A stretch of 64,000 bases of DNA from Camelus dromedarius (GCF_036321535.1 NC_087438.1:79980001-80044000); one strand, 5' to 3'; shown: positions 20,851 through 33,240, counted from the stretch's first letter. Translations and numbers: made by a program. The notes: generated by a model from the sequence alone, not told the origin.

Positions 20851-23039
20851 TTAAAATTATGTGGCTCTTTGTTACAAGGGTTATCTCTGACCAATAGGAG
20901 TCTTAGTATGTCATGAACTAAAAGTCTATGGGAAAAAGTAATAGATGTATAAATGAAACAGGAGAGAAACCTGAACAGACCAACTATGGTAATACGCCAT
21001 GAACATAGGAGTATGATTCACTTTAACAGCCAACTCAGGAAATAAAGAGAGAGGGAACAGTTTCACAAACATTCTACACACATCTCCTGTCTCCCTGCTT
21101 CATCAAATGCTGTTCTCTCTTCTAGAAATATTCCAGTTCTCAAACGAGACATGAGTACAGGTAAAAACAATTTAGACTTCACAATCTGGCCATACAGGTA
21201 AGGGATAAATCTGTCAGGGAAGACGTGTCTTTGAGAAGAGGAGGAGTAATCCCCATCTGGGTCCATTTTCTTCCCTTGACCCCCACTTTGGCAAGGAAAG
21301 GGAGAGAGGCACATTCTTTCTTAGAGAGAGGGGGCTCCCCAGGGTTCTGCCACTGATCGTGTATCACATGTGTTGAGCTTCTGCTCTGCCCAGCAGTACA
21401 GTAGGCACTGTGGATACAGGAGTAAAATGAAACACAACTCTCTACCCCAGCTCAGCTCCCAGCTCCTCATCACAGCTTTTTCTGCATTTCTGAGGACCTT
21501 GCTAGCAGTTGCTAAGGGAATGCTCAATGAGATATCCTTTGTTTATTTTTTGTTTCTCCTTCCTGCCCGTATCTTCTGTCAAATTTCTATCTCTCCAGTT
21601 AATGTCAACCAGGCATAACGTTGTAAGCAAGAGAAATGAGGAAGTTTTGTGCTCCTCATAGGTTGAAACTGACCACACAGGCCACTGTCCTCTGCTAAAC
21701 ACATTAATATCGTTCTCAGAGCTTTGTCACTGTGTTGAAAATGGGAGAGGAAATCTTTTATAGAAATTGTTATATCAACCAGATACAATCATGCTGGATC
21801 CTTTTTTGATAAGGTAAATGGGAGATTACTACCTAACATTTCCAGATAGTAATGGTTAAGTTATGAATTTGTATCTGAATAAAATGTTAATAATACTGGC
21901 ATGCAGAGGTTATAGAAATGTAAATTGTATCGTAAGAGTCCCAATTGTGTAGCTTAAAAAATACCAAGTTCCACTTGCGTTTATTGCCAGAGACTTAAAA
22001 ATTAAGTTTCCTTCCCTGGAGTAGTTTAACTGTAAGAATAGTTACTTCCATTATCTGCCCATCCGAAATTATTCAGTTGATTTAATCCCCTCAAAATTAG
22101 CGGATTTTCACTGTGGGATTTAGCCAGGGGATTTTTCCAGCTCTGCTGATACCAACATTTAAAGTGATTATGTATAATCTGTTTCCTTTCCACTATTTCA
22201 TTTCATAAAATACTATTTTCCCAATTTCTCTCTCTTCAGCAGAAAGGAGATCAGGACAGAGTATGCTATCAGGATTTGGCTCCATGCCATTTATTAGACA
22301 AAATAACTTTAAGACTTGCTGCTGAGGTCTCTCTGGCGGTGGATTCTCTTCCCAAAGTCTTGATATTCCCTGGTCAAAGCTGTTCACAGGTCAGAAAAGT
22401 AGGCTGTCGGGTTGTTGACATAAGAAGGGTTGGACAACCCAAGAGACATTTGAAGATATGATCAGAGATCTTTGTAATAATATATTCGTTGTGAGCATTT
22501 CTGTTCTGAGTGATAGGAAGTAAGGGGACAGGATGGCAGTGTTGTCTTGTTATCCCTAAATATGTTCAATGTCATGCAGTGGTCAGAACTGACCCAACTA
22601 CATTATAGAAGTTAAAGTCTAAGCCCCGTTCATAAAGGCATAGAGTGTACAATAGATTTTACATAACTTTAAAAAGTTGGGCCATTTACTGTGCTCAAGT
22701 GCTAACCCCCCCTCACCGTGTATTCCTTGCTTTATATAGAGCAAGGGCCAGAGATGTTGGATATAAAGCAATTTAGATATGGTCGTGAATGGTTTATTTT
22801 TAGGAATATGATCCAAATCTTTAAGACATAAATATTTTAGAGAACATTTATCAAAAATAACCTTTGGTCCCTTGAATCTTTGGGAAATGTGAACAAGAAC
22901 ATGGTACAAACTTTCTGCATCTGCCTTTATCACCATTAAACATAGAGCTGTTTCTGCTCCTGCCCCTGAAGGAGTAACTGCTGTACAAGTGGGCAGAGGG
23001 TTTTCTTCAGTCTTTCATTATCAATCTGCGCAGACTCTG

Positions 23040-25900
23040 TTCAGAGAATTAAAGGGAAATGTGAATGTAATGAGGAGAGAAATGGAAAACATCCCACAAA
23101 GTTGGACAAGAACAACTTTCAAGGTAACGTAATTACAAGGAAACTGAAAAATAAGCAATTCCCAGAACTCACACAGGACTGGAGATTGTTTGACTAATGT
23201 CCAGCAAGAATGAAGAGACATCGTTGAATTAAAGGACATTTAGTAGAGACCCCCAAAAGGACCAAATCTTAGAAATGAGGCAAAAGAGTTCCAAGCAAGG
23301 GCTCTGCTAAGTCCTCTTAAAAGGAACTTTTAAAAAGTACTTCAGAATGGTCAAATTAATGTGAGCGTAACTTCACTACCTGCCCCAAAATGTTTGAATT
23401 ATTTAAAGGAACGCAACAAAATTGAGCACTCAACAAGGTTAAATTCACAATGCAAAGAATAACATGGACATAATGAGGAGGGAAATGGAAGAAACAAAGA
23501 AGGATTAAGGAACTTCAGACTATGAAAAATACAATACCTGAAATGAAAAATACACTGAGTGGATTTAAGAGCACGTTAGACACCACAAAAGGAAAGATCA
23601 GTGAAACTGAAGCTTTAGAACTATAAATCCAAATACAGAAAAATTTATCCAAAATGAAACAGAGAAAACAGATTCAAAAAAGAAAAATAAACAGCATCTG
23701 TGAACTGTGGGACAATAATAAGCAATCAAACGTGTGATTGGAATCACAGAAGGAGGAAAAGGGGGGAAGCAAGAAATATTTGAAGAAATGGCCAATGTTT
23801 TTTCAAATTTGACAGAAATGTTAAACCTACAGATCTAAGAAGCTCATCGAACCTCAAGCAAAAGAAACATAACAAAAATGACACCAAGGTACATCATAAT
23901 CAAATTTCTGAAAACCGGTGATAAAGGGGGGAAAAGTACTTAAAAAGTCTTCAGGCTTCTAGTTCGGTTAAGTAAGGAGCTGAAAGTCATCATTTGGTCC
24001 TAACAACAAGTAAAAAGCTGAACAAACCAAAAAGTCAACTCTTCTTAGATCCACCAGAGAAGTGAGGTCACATGGCAAACCACTAACCCCCAAGTTGGAG
24101 AGACAGGGAGGCAGGTACAGAGGATCACAACTTACTGGAGTGAAAACCATGAGCAGAAATGTCTGTGGGAACCAGTACCAGGTAGAAAACCTAACAGGTC
24201 CTGTTATAAATTAGAGAGATATATATATGGTAAACATTAGAGCAAGTACTAAAAAATATTCACATCATCCAAAAGAAAGCAGGATAAAAGGACAAAGAAA
24301 CAAAGAATAAATGTGACAAATAGAAAACAGACAGAATTATTGTCGATATAAACCCAGCTGTATTGATAATTAAATATAAGAGGTCTAAGCACTGCAATTA
24401 AAAAACAAATTATAAAATAAAAAAATAAGAACCAACTTGGTAACAGTTTACAAGAAACACACTTTCAATGTAGACAGACATAGGTTAAAAGTAAAAGAAG
24501 ATAAAAGATGTCCCATAAAACACTAATGAAGAGAAAGCTAGAATGGCTATATTCATATAAGATAAAGTGGACTTCAGAAAAGTAAGAATTCTAGGAATGA
24601 AGAAGGCTACTACATTATGATCAAAGATTCAAAGTATCAACAAGAAATAAGTCTTATATGTATACGTACCTAATCAAGACCTTAAAAAAAAGTATGAAGC
24701 AAAAACTGACAGAAACAAAAAGAGAACCGCAGGTGTAGTTGAAGATTTCAATTAGCAGACAAAAGAAACTGAGTGTGTAGGAGACTTGAACAGCATTATC
24801 AGCCAACGTGACCTAACTGACATGTAGACAACGAGCCACCCAAAATGAAACAGAGGGAGAAAAAATGTGGCAATGATTTCATGTGTAAAAATAAAATTAT
24901 AAAAATATGAGAAGAAATCATGTAAGAATTATTACTTTTTTTTTTTTATCTTAGAATAGAGAAGACCTGAGTATAACGTGCAACTCATGGAGCTTAAAGG
25001 AAAGAATGACAAATACAAATACAGGAAAGTAAAAATTTCCTCACGGCAAAAACCATCATCAGTAAATTCAAACTGTAAATACACCAAGGCAAATACTTGC
25101 TATTCCAATCATACAAGAAGCTAACAGTTACATATAAAGTGCTTCTACAAGTAAGTAAGAAAAGGACTCCAAAACAATAGAAAGATAAACAAAAGGCATA
25201 AACAGCTCCTGGAAAAAGAAATGTTCTTAAATATGTGAAAGTGTACTCAATCTCATGCACAATATTATTTTTCACTGTCAGATGATAAAGATTAAAGTGT
25301 TTGCTAACATGCTGTGCAGGTGAGGACAGCTTAAGAGCTGATAATGGCCATCTCTTCCCAACTCCCTATACAGTGACTTCATGTTGAAAGCTTAAAATCA
25401 ACCATGACGAAAGTATTTTATATCATGGGGACTGGCAAATGCTACCGATCAAGTTTTTTCCTTCCCTGAAAGTAAGTTGTTGATCATTTACCAACGTATC
25501 ACCAGGTAAGAGAATGGGGAAACAGGCCCTCTCATCCTGCTGTTGTTTTGAATATAAAGCAGCACAAACTCCACATGGCATTTTGTTAATATCCAGCAAA
25601 ATTATTAACTGCACACGCTTTTTAAAGCAACAATTTTACTTCTAGGTACATGGCCTACTTGTTTTTGCACACAGGTGAATTTGTATGCCTTTGTTTTTTC
25701 TTATTAGCACTGATGTCTGTCAATAGAGGATTGGATTTTAAAATGGAGTACATTTTATACAATGGAATGTCCAGCAGCTGTTAAAATAGATAACACCCTT
25801 TATGTCCTGATATGGAAGAAGATCCAAGTGATATGGTTAACTGAAATAAGCAAGATTTTGAGAGCGAGAAGAGAGTGTGTTTAAATATATTTGCTACCAA
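23040..25900 (+). mobile_element. Mosaic of degenerate L1 pieces (two ORF1 fragments, an L1M 5'UTR piece, ORF2 endonuclease, L1ME 3' region)
   Basis: ORF1-like about 23040-23250 and 23455-23945. 5'UTR-like about 23950-24200 (AACAACAAGTAAAAAGCTGAACAAAC). Endonuclease-like about 24230-24850 (GTTTACAAGAAACACACTT, GATAAAGTGGACTTCAG). 3' region to about 25900. Many stops and frameshifts. Confidence 0.8.
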
Positions 25901-27052
25901 AGTCCTACTCACAAGAAAGATCAATTACTTCTGGGGAGGAGGATCGGGGTGGGAGGGAAATTTCAGTGTTTAAAATGTTTTTGAATTTTGCATTATGCAC
26001 AGTATTACTTAGTAAATAAAGAGTTAAATTTAAATGTCATAAAAATACTTACTGATGTGTTGGGAGACAGGCTGTTTTATACACTATTAGTGACACTGAG
26101 CTGGAATAGTCTTTATCAAAAGCAATTTGATCTCTCTCATCTTGATATGATTTTCAGTATCTTCTCGATAATTACCTATATTTTACAAATCTACTATGAT
26201 GAGCATGCATTGTTTTCCTGTCAACTTAAGGGGTATTTTAGAAAAATGTAAATCTTTAGTGTTTTACAGTATCTTAAACATAAATACCTGGCATCCTATT
26301 GTACAGTCCACTCCCACTCTGTACATTGTCACCAAATAAAATATGTGCCACTTCAAAACATCTCATCTGTAAAAATAGACAGAAATACAAGTACATCCAC
26401 TCATACCAAACTATGTTGTAAAAAATAGGGGTTCCAGAAAGAGAAGTGTCCTGTGGTCAAATTAAAGAAACGTTAAGCTACATTTCATGGTCTCTTGCCC
26501 TTAAGAGACAGATAATTAATGTTATCATACTGATAACATTAATGTTTCTGAGTGATCCTGAAGTAAGGAAAATTGTTTAACTGCTTATAATTTCTATCTC
26601 TTCCTCCCTCCCCGTCTCTAAATATCTAAAAGCAGCCTCATGTTCCAAAGAACATAGTTCTTCCTTTAGAAGAGGAATCTGGTCTTTAAGTTTCTTCTGC
26701 TCGGTGTTTCCCTCTTCTTTGCCCTCCAACAAACTCTGCCGTTTTTAGAGGTATTCTTTGAGCTTCAAGGATGCAGATTTGGGAGCATGGGGGACAGACA
26801 GAAGAAGAGGTGACAGGCAAGCTACCGGGAGGAATTTTGGAGGAGAAGTACAGCAGAGGGGGATATGGAATACAAAAGAGAAGTAGAAGGCAGAGAAAGT
26901 GGGATTTTAGGAACTGATCTTTTGGAATGTGTATTGTCTTTGTGGTGGCCAAGAAATGATAAAGAAATGTGTGAGGACGGAAGGAGGGAAGGACGAAAGG
27001 AAGACAGGTGAACTTCCTTGAAAAATCTGTTTTGGTTTCTAAACTGAAGTTC

Positions 27053-27572
27053 TGTGTAACAGCTCTTAGATGGTCAGGCCGTCCAGCATGGCCGTTCTCC
27101 TGCTCTCTGGCCAACCCCTTCTCGACCAGTCCCTGCTTCACCTACACCCTTCTCTCCTGACTGACCTTCCCTCCTAATCATACAGCCTAATCAGTAAATG
27201 CCTATGTACCTGCCCCCAGCCCCAGGTAGTGATTGTTCTAATCTCTAGATCAGAACCATCTCTACTCTATCTGATAGTTTATCAAAGGGGTGGTAAGGGA
27301 CATGCTCCTCTGCTGGTTTCCATGGTAACCTATGAGCCAACCTGACAGTTTCATGGTTGATAACCTCTCCATCCCCCTGGTAGGGAAGACTACTGCCATG
27401 TCCTGCCCAACGTCTGCTGCACTCGGTGGGTTGTAGCTCCAGGACCTAGCTTCCATAAGATCCCCCAACCCATTAAACCACTGATGTCTCTCTTTGCTGA
27501 CTCCTGGCTCGCTCTTTGGTCTTGAGGCTGGGCAAGTACAGAGCTTTCAGGTCTGCGGGGTGCAACCCGACA
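27053..27572 (+). mobile_element. ERV1-class solo LTR (MER31/MER67-like)
   Basis: Ends TGAGGCTGGGCAAGTACAGAGCTTTCAGGTCTGCGGGGTGCAACCCGACA with CA terminus and an ATTAAA poly(A)-type signal near 27474. The 5' TG start is approximate and no TSD was found. Confidence 0.6.
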
Positions 27573-28089
27573 GATGGACTATGTGAGTCACTTTCAGTAG
27601 TGTAACAGGCTTAAATCTGCATTCTCTAAAGCCTGCATACCATAAGTAGACGATTATATGGGCTTGGGGAAAAAAACAACTGCTGGGATCCTGCCAGTCA
27701 CTCAGCTTCTTTGACCAAAAAGGAGAGAAAGGAAATGAAGTGAGCAAATTCTGGAGCATAAAGAGGGAAAAGAATCACAGCTCTGAAATTAGTATCTTAG
27801 TCACTCAGGTAGCTGCATCCTAATCAGAAAATGTGGTTTAGGAGAGGCTCTGAGTAATCCTGCATGCTGAAAGACTGCTTTCTGTTCTGAAAGGAAACAA
27901 CCAAAATGCTGAATTTTTTACAGGATCAACTGCTGAAGAGAAAAAAGCAGGACAAAGCCAGGACTGAATAGAGGAAGTCAGCCAAAGGCAATCCAGCTAG
28001 CTCGCTAGACAGTGACATCCAACAGCACAGTTTGCAAAGAAATGCAAATAATAATGCTCAGAGCATCAAAGGAGGAAAATATTGACAAA

Positions 28090-28930
28090 ACTCAGTGCTA
28101 AAAAGGATGCCAGTGGATAAGGCACTTTTATAAACCGATGGAGAGACTGTGAATTGCTAAACCTTTCTGGAATGCAGTTTGGCAATACGTGCCAAAATTT
28201 AACATTGTAAATGTATGTATCCTTGACATGGTAATTCTCTTTGTAGGAATTTTCTCTGAGGACATAAATAAACATAAAGTACATAAAGATACACGGCAAG
28301 GATTTTTTTAAAGCTATTTTTATATAATAGCAAAAAAACCCAACCTGGGAATAATTTAATTATCTGTTGGTAGGGGGTTGGTTTAATAAATTAAGTACAT
28401 CCATACAGTGGAATACTATGCAACGTGTTAGCTCTTTTAAGTAAGCACAGGCTCTTGAGTCAGACTGAGTTTAAATATGGCCCCATCACTTCTGTGATTT
28501 TTGATCACATCATTTAGCACCTCTTTCCCCAAGTTTCCTAGTATTAAAAAATATTTTAAAATCTCTAAAATAGCTTTATAATCTATAAACCTACTTCAGA
28601 AAGTTTGACAAAGATTAAATGAATGAATACATCAAAAGCCCATGCACGTTAAGTACTCACTAAATGTTAAATACTATTATGCAAACATTATAAATGATAA
28701 TATCTTGTCTATTTTAACATGGAATATGGTCACGTTGAGCAAAGGTTACAGACTAGTAATATAGGTTACGTTTATATAGAATAATTTGTTTGGATGCATG
28801 CATAGGATCCTGGAAAGGTGTTTATTGCAATTTTAATACTGGATATCTCTGATGGTGGTATTTCAGATTATTTTTATTTTCTTTTTGTTTATTTTCTGAT
28901 GTGATACTTTTTATGAACATAAAATGTAAT
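28090..28930 (+). mobile_element. L1ME 3' fragment interrupted by a MIR
   Basis: GCAGTTTGGCAATACG and GTACATCCATACAGTGGAATACTATGCAAC. L1 sequence resumes after about 28680. Confidence 0.7.
28430..28680 (+). mobile_element. MIR SINE
   Basis: GGCTCTTGAGTCAGACTGAGTTTAAAT...AAGTTTCCT...AAGATTAAATGAATGAATACAT...AGTACTCACTAAATGTTA. Confidence 0.75.
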
Positions 28931-28939
28931 AAGTCCTGA

Positions 28940-29750
28940 AATGGCAGGCTAGCAAATTTAGATCAGCTCTTCTACTGGGGAAACAAAAACTCTGGATACA
29001 ATATAAAAATCATAATTTTAAAGCCCTAAGGAGCCAACTGGATAGGGAGAAATTACCAAGCCAAAATAGTGGAAGAGGATTAGTTACTCATTCAAAGCAA
29101 GTATTATTCTGAGAACATTTGCCGATATATTAAGAAAAACAACTGCTAACTAAGCTGTAGTTTTGATGACCGCCTATAACAAGAAGGAAAGTTAAAGCCA
29201 AGGGTTTGCAGCTCAGGATGGGAGAGTAACACTCATTCTTCCATTAGGATACCAGTTAGGGTACCTATTAGGTCGGTATCCTGATTGGCTTTATTCTCAG
29301 AGTAAGGGTGAACTAAAAGTAANNNNNNNNNNNNNNNNNNNNNNNNNNNNNNNNNNNNNNNNNNNNNNNNNNNNNNNNNNNNNNNNNNNNNNNNNNNNNN
29401 NNNNNNNNNNNNNNNNNNNNNNNNNNNNNNNNNNNNNNNNNNNNNNNNNNNNNNNNNNNNNNNNNNNNNNNNNNNNNNNNNNNNNNNNNNNNNNNNNTTT
29501 AACACCACTTGGGTAATCCAAAAAATGTAAAGCTCTAAGCTTGGATTAAGGTGGTCTCAGACTGGTGATGAGCAAGAGTAAACAAATATTTTCTCTGGAA
29601 GGAAGGTGAATTCATGTAAGTTGGCTTCAAATGATGTCTTAAAACATTTCTTTTGCATACACAATGACCAACATTCATTCAAAGATAAACAAACATACAA
29701 GAAAATAAGACACCTTGAGCAAGAACCAGCTCAAAGACATAAAATAAAAA
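28940..29750 (+). mobile_element. L1M 5' region spanning the assembly gap
   Basis: L1M 5'UTR-like sequence on both sides of the Ns (AAAACTCTGGATACAATATAAAAATC; AAGACACCTTGAGCAAGAACCAGC). Confidence 0.5.
29323..29497. other. Assembly gap (175 N)
   Basis: Run of N read directly. Confidence 1.
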
Positions 29751-29755
29751 TATGT

Positions 29756-30035
29756 CCCATTTTTTAATCTGGTTGTTCGATGTTTTTGATATTGAGTTGT
29801 GTGAGCTGTTTATATAGTTTGGATATTAACCCCTTATGGGTCATATCATTCGCAATTTTTTTCTCCCATTCTGTAGGTTATCTTTTCATTTTGTTGATGG
29901 TTTTCTTTGCTCGGCAAAAGCTTTTAAGTTTACTTAGGTCCCATTTGTTTATTTTTGCTTTTATTTTCTTTGCTTTAGGAAACAGATCCAAAAAAATATT
30001 GCTACAATTTATGCCAAAGAGTGTTCTGCCTATGT
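29756..30035 (-). mobile_element. Internal L1 ORF2 fragment (no 3' UTR or poly-A)
   Basis: The minus strand translates IGRTLFGINCSNIFLDLFPKAKKIKAKINKWDLSKLKSFCRAKKTINKMKR*, matching the L1 ORF2 KINKWDLIKLKSFC region. Confidence 0.92.
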
Positions 30036-30374
30036 AAGACATCCTTCTCTTGAGCTTTAAGACAACGTGGTGAGAATGTCACCTGTCCGTGTGGGAAGAA
30101 TAGGCACAGGAAAGTTCTCTGAGGGATACTGTGAGCCATAGGAGTCTAAAGCAGTGTATTTAGGGACACCAGACTGCCATCAAGGAAGGTATAGAGGACA
30201 TCACTTTTTACTTATTTATTTTTTTGCCCGTAATCACCCTTCCTTTTATCATGCATGTTTTCTTTGGAGAAACGTACCCTCCCTCCACTCCACCTACATG
30301 CTTTTATTGGCACTTTCAATCATAATACTCAGTAGTCATAGAGATGGGCGCATAACCTGAGTGTTAAGACAGAC

Positions 30375-30714
30375 TGAGGTCTGGGCATCTCCAACAAAAT
30401 AACCACAGACTGGGTGGCTTATAAACAACAGAAATGTATTTCTGACAGTTTGGAGGGTGGAAGTCTGAGATCATGGTAAATGCAGGGTTCAAAGTGGGGC
30501 TTCCTCCAAATCGCAGATTTCTTGTATCTTCACGTGGTGGAAGGGGCTGGGGGGTCTCTCTGGAGTCTCTTTTATTAGGTCCTAATGCATTCATGAGGGT
30601 TCCTCTCTCATGACTTAATGGCCTCCCAAAGGCCCCACTTCCTGATACCACCATCTTTGGGGGTTAGGATTTCAACATATGAATGTGGGAAGACACAAAT
30701 ATTCAGCACTAAGC
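30375..30714 (-). mobile_element. MaLR LTR MLT1A-type
   Basis: ACTGGGTGGCTTATAAACAACAGAAATGTATTTCT...CCTCCCAAAGGCCCCACTTCCTGATACC...GGGGGTTAGGATTTCAACATATGAAT. Confidence 0.9.
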
Positions 30715-30738
30715 CAAGTCAACCAGAATCCTTTCCTA

Positions 30739-30805
30739 GGGTTTTTTTTTTTTTTTAATTCTTTTCATGCATCAAAAAAAGAGAAAGGGTGATATGAAAT
30801 TTTGG
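30739..30805 (+). repeat. Left arm of long-range inverted repeat
   Basis: 30758-30793 is the exact reverse complement of 32332-32367 (36 bp). Similarity extends imperfectly on both sides. Confidence 0.92.
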
Positions 30806-32199
30806 TTAATCCCTCTCTGATGAAAAGATGTGCATTGTGGGAGTGGCCGATGGCCAGTTTCCAACCACGTGAAGGAAGCTGATCTTAGAAAATGAACTGG
30901 ACACCAGAGGGGATCAGAAAGGGAATTGGAGAAGGAAAAACTTGAAAGTATTCAAGTTCTTTATTCTGTCAACCCAGAGAGTCAGCTTCTTCCCTTCCTT
31001 TCCCTCCCCCTTCTGAACGATTTACCTTTCTGCCTAAGCCAGTTCAAGTCTTAATTGTTCTGTCAAATACAGAGGGAAACAGTGGGGCCAGCAAGAGGAC
31101 TGTGTCTAAAGTTAAGGTTAGGCTATTAAAACTCAGCTGCATAAACAGATCAGAAGCCAGGGAATAGAGGCAGGTGACACTCGCTGATTGTGGCGGAATC
31201 AAAGCAATTGAACAACAACTGATACGACTTGGTTCACAGTCCATTTCTGAGTTGGTGGTGGTTGTGGTTTTTGTTTTGCCACCTACATTCCATGGGGGCA
31301 GGAAAAAAAAAGAGGCTAAAGGAACCTTTGGATGTTACACACAACTCTCAATACTGAAGCCGCATGTTACCTGTGGATAGTTACGGAGAAATAAGAGAAG
31401 TGGATTTTAAAACATAAGGCTTTCTGAGATGATACACGGGAAAATATAAATTAAGAGGAGCAGTTTAGGTTAGCCAGAAAGCATTTATTTGTGCCTATGG
31501 GTTTTTCGTTACTAAAATCTTGCTAGATAGCCATGTTGACTCACTTCTCAGGGGTTACAGTTGGCACTCATTTATGCTGAGGTTGTTAGGAAGAGTGAGG
31601 TATGTCTAGAAGAATGTCGCACTAGTCGGGAGTAAGGGTAAAATAAGTCTCATCTTAGCCCCATGTTCCCTCAGCAGCGGCTACTCACCCTGCAGTCACG
31701 TTGCCCTCGTTGGGGGTGTGACAGAGCCCTTTCCTGTAGGGTTTATTGCGGAGCCGTGGTTCTCACGCCTTGGCTTTGTAGCTTGTGTACCTCCCCTCAT
31801 CGCCTGCCGCCGGCCTCTCCCTGCCAAGTCAGGGTGGTGTTATTCTGCAGCTTTTAAAAAACAAAGACATTCCACCTTCTAAACTGTTTTAGCTGGGGAA
31901 GATTTCCTCGGAACACATGCCGCTCAAATACATGTTGTGAAACATATGTTTTATTGCAGGTGATTTTTAGTAAGTGGTAAGAGCCCCAGCCAGCTTACCC
32001 ACTGGGATCAGCAGAGAAGTAAAGTCCAGATCAGAAACCAAAGTGGGGAGCCAGTTGGGAAACTTACTGCGTGCCTGGCATCAGACAGGGATGCTGCACT
32101 TATGCCTCGGGGCTCCACTTTTTCTAGCATAGGAACTGGCTCCCCTCCCCATTGGGATGGGAGGGTCCAATATGCCGCCATGTTAGGTGCCAGTGCATA

Positions 32200-32227
32200 G
32201 CATCCTGCATCCTGCATCCTGTATCCT
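32200..32227. repeat. 7-bp tandem repeat (GCATCCT)x4
   Basis: GCATCCT three times plus GTATCCT. Confidence 0.9.
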
Positions 32228-32319
32228 ACGGAAGTGGCAGGCTGTTTTTCTCTGCTGTTAGCGGCTGGATTGGAATGGGCTGGGATAGGTAGGCTAGGTT
32301 GCTAATTCCACTGGAAATT

Positions 32320-32376
32320 CCAAAATTTGAGATCACCCTTTCTCTTTTTTTGATGCATGAAAAGAATCTAAAACCC
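32320..32376 (-). repeat. Right arm of long-range inverted repeat
   Basis: CCAAAATTTGAG ATCACCCTTTCTCTTTTTTTGATGCATGAAAAGAAT CTAAAACCC. Confidence 0.92.
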
Positions 32377-33240
32377 ATTTTCTGAGGCATGCCTCTGACT
32401 TTTTGTTTTTATAAAGCTTTCAAGTGTCTCTCCTTTCATGTAGGGCTTTGAAGCATTTCTCCTTATCTAAACAAAGGAATACTTAGTAGTTGAGATCTCC
32501 TTTCCATTCCTTGCATTTTTTCAGTTCCCTATCTCTACATCCCTTCTGGGACACAGCCTGTCATGCTGGGTTTGAAGTCCCGTGGAGCAGAGCTGAAAAT
32601 GGCTACCTGTAAAATCTCTTTTCCCAGAACTGTCTGACGCACAGTCAGATCCACAGCTGACCAGAGGAGTTCAGTCTCACTAGGATTCACCGAGCACCTC
32701 TGAGCTCCGAGGCACTGGGGCAGACACTGGAGACATAATCCTGGACAAGACAGGATTGCTCCCTGCTGTCACGGAGCTGGTGTTCCTCAGCTGTTGTTCT
32801 GAGACAGATGACTGGCTTTACAAGAGACTTGGTAAAATTCTGCCTTGAGCACTGGAGTAGCTTAGGGATTTAGAAGGATGGGCCAGCCCCAAATACAAAT
32901 GTGACTGTGCCTCATCCAGTCAGCTTAGGGTGAGTAACAAAGATGTTAGAAGCTGAATTGTTGAGGACGTGGGAGTCCCTCTCAGGTTCTGCCCAATGCA
33001 GGACTCATACATGGTAGGATGTCACATTCTGTTTGGCCTCCGGGATGGACATGCAAAAAGAGAAAGCAAGAAAGACAGAGCTTCCAGGTTGTTGTTCATC
33101 AGAGAAGCCAGCTGACATTTCCCTGCAGATGTAACCTGGCAGTTTTCCTTTCACTGAACCCAAGTCACTGTCTGGGAGATTTGAAGTCCAAATTGGGTCC
33201 CAGAGCAGTCTGATGCTCTAGGCTCCTTGAAAAATGGACG

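Noticed and set aside
29233-29521. ORFs containing long X runs
   Set aside because: Artefacts of translating through the N gap.
29780-30037. 85-aa hydrophobic ORF that looks membrane-like
   Set aside because: It is the antisense reading of the L1 ORF2 fragment.
30739-32376. Reading the inverted arms as TIRs of an autonomous DNA transposon
   Set aside because: No target-site duplication outside the arms, no Tc1/hAT/piggyBac terminal motif, and no transposase-like ORF in the spacer. Kept as an unexplained inverted repeat instead.
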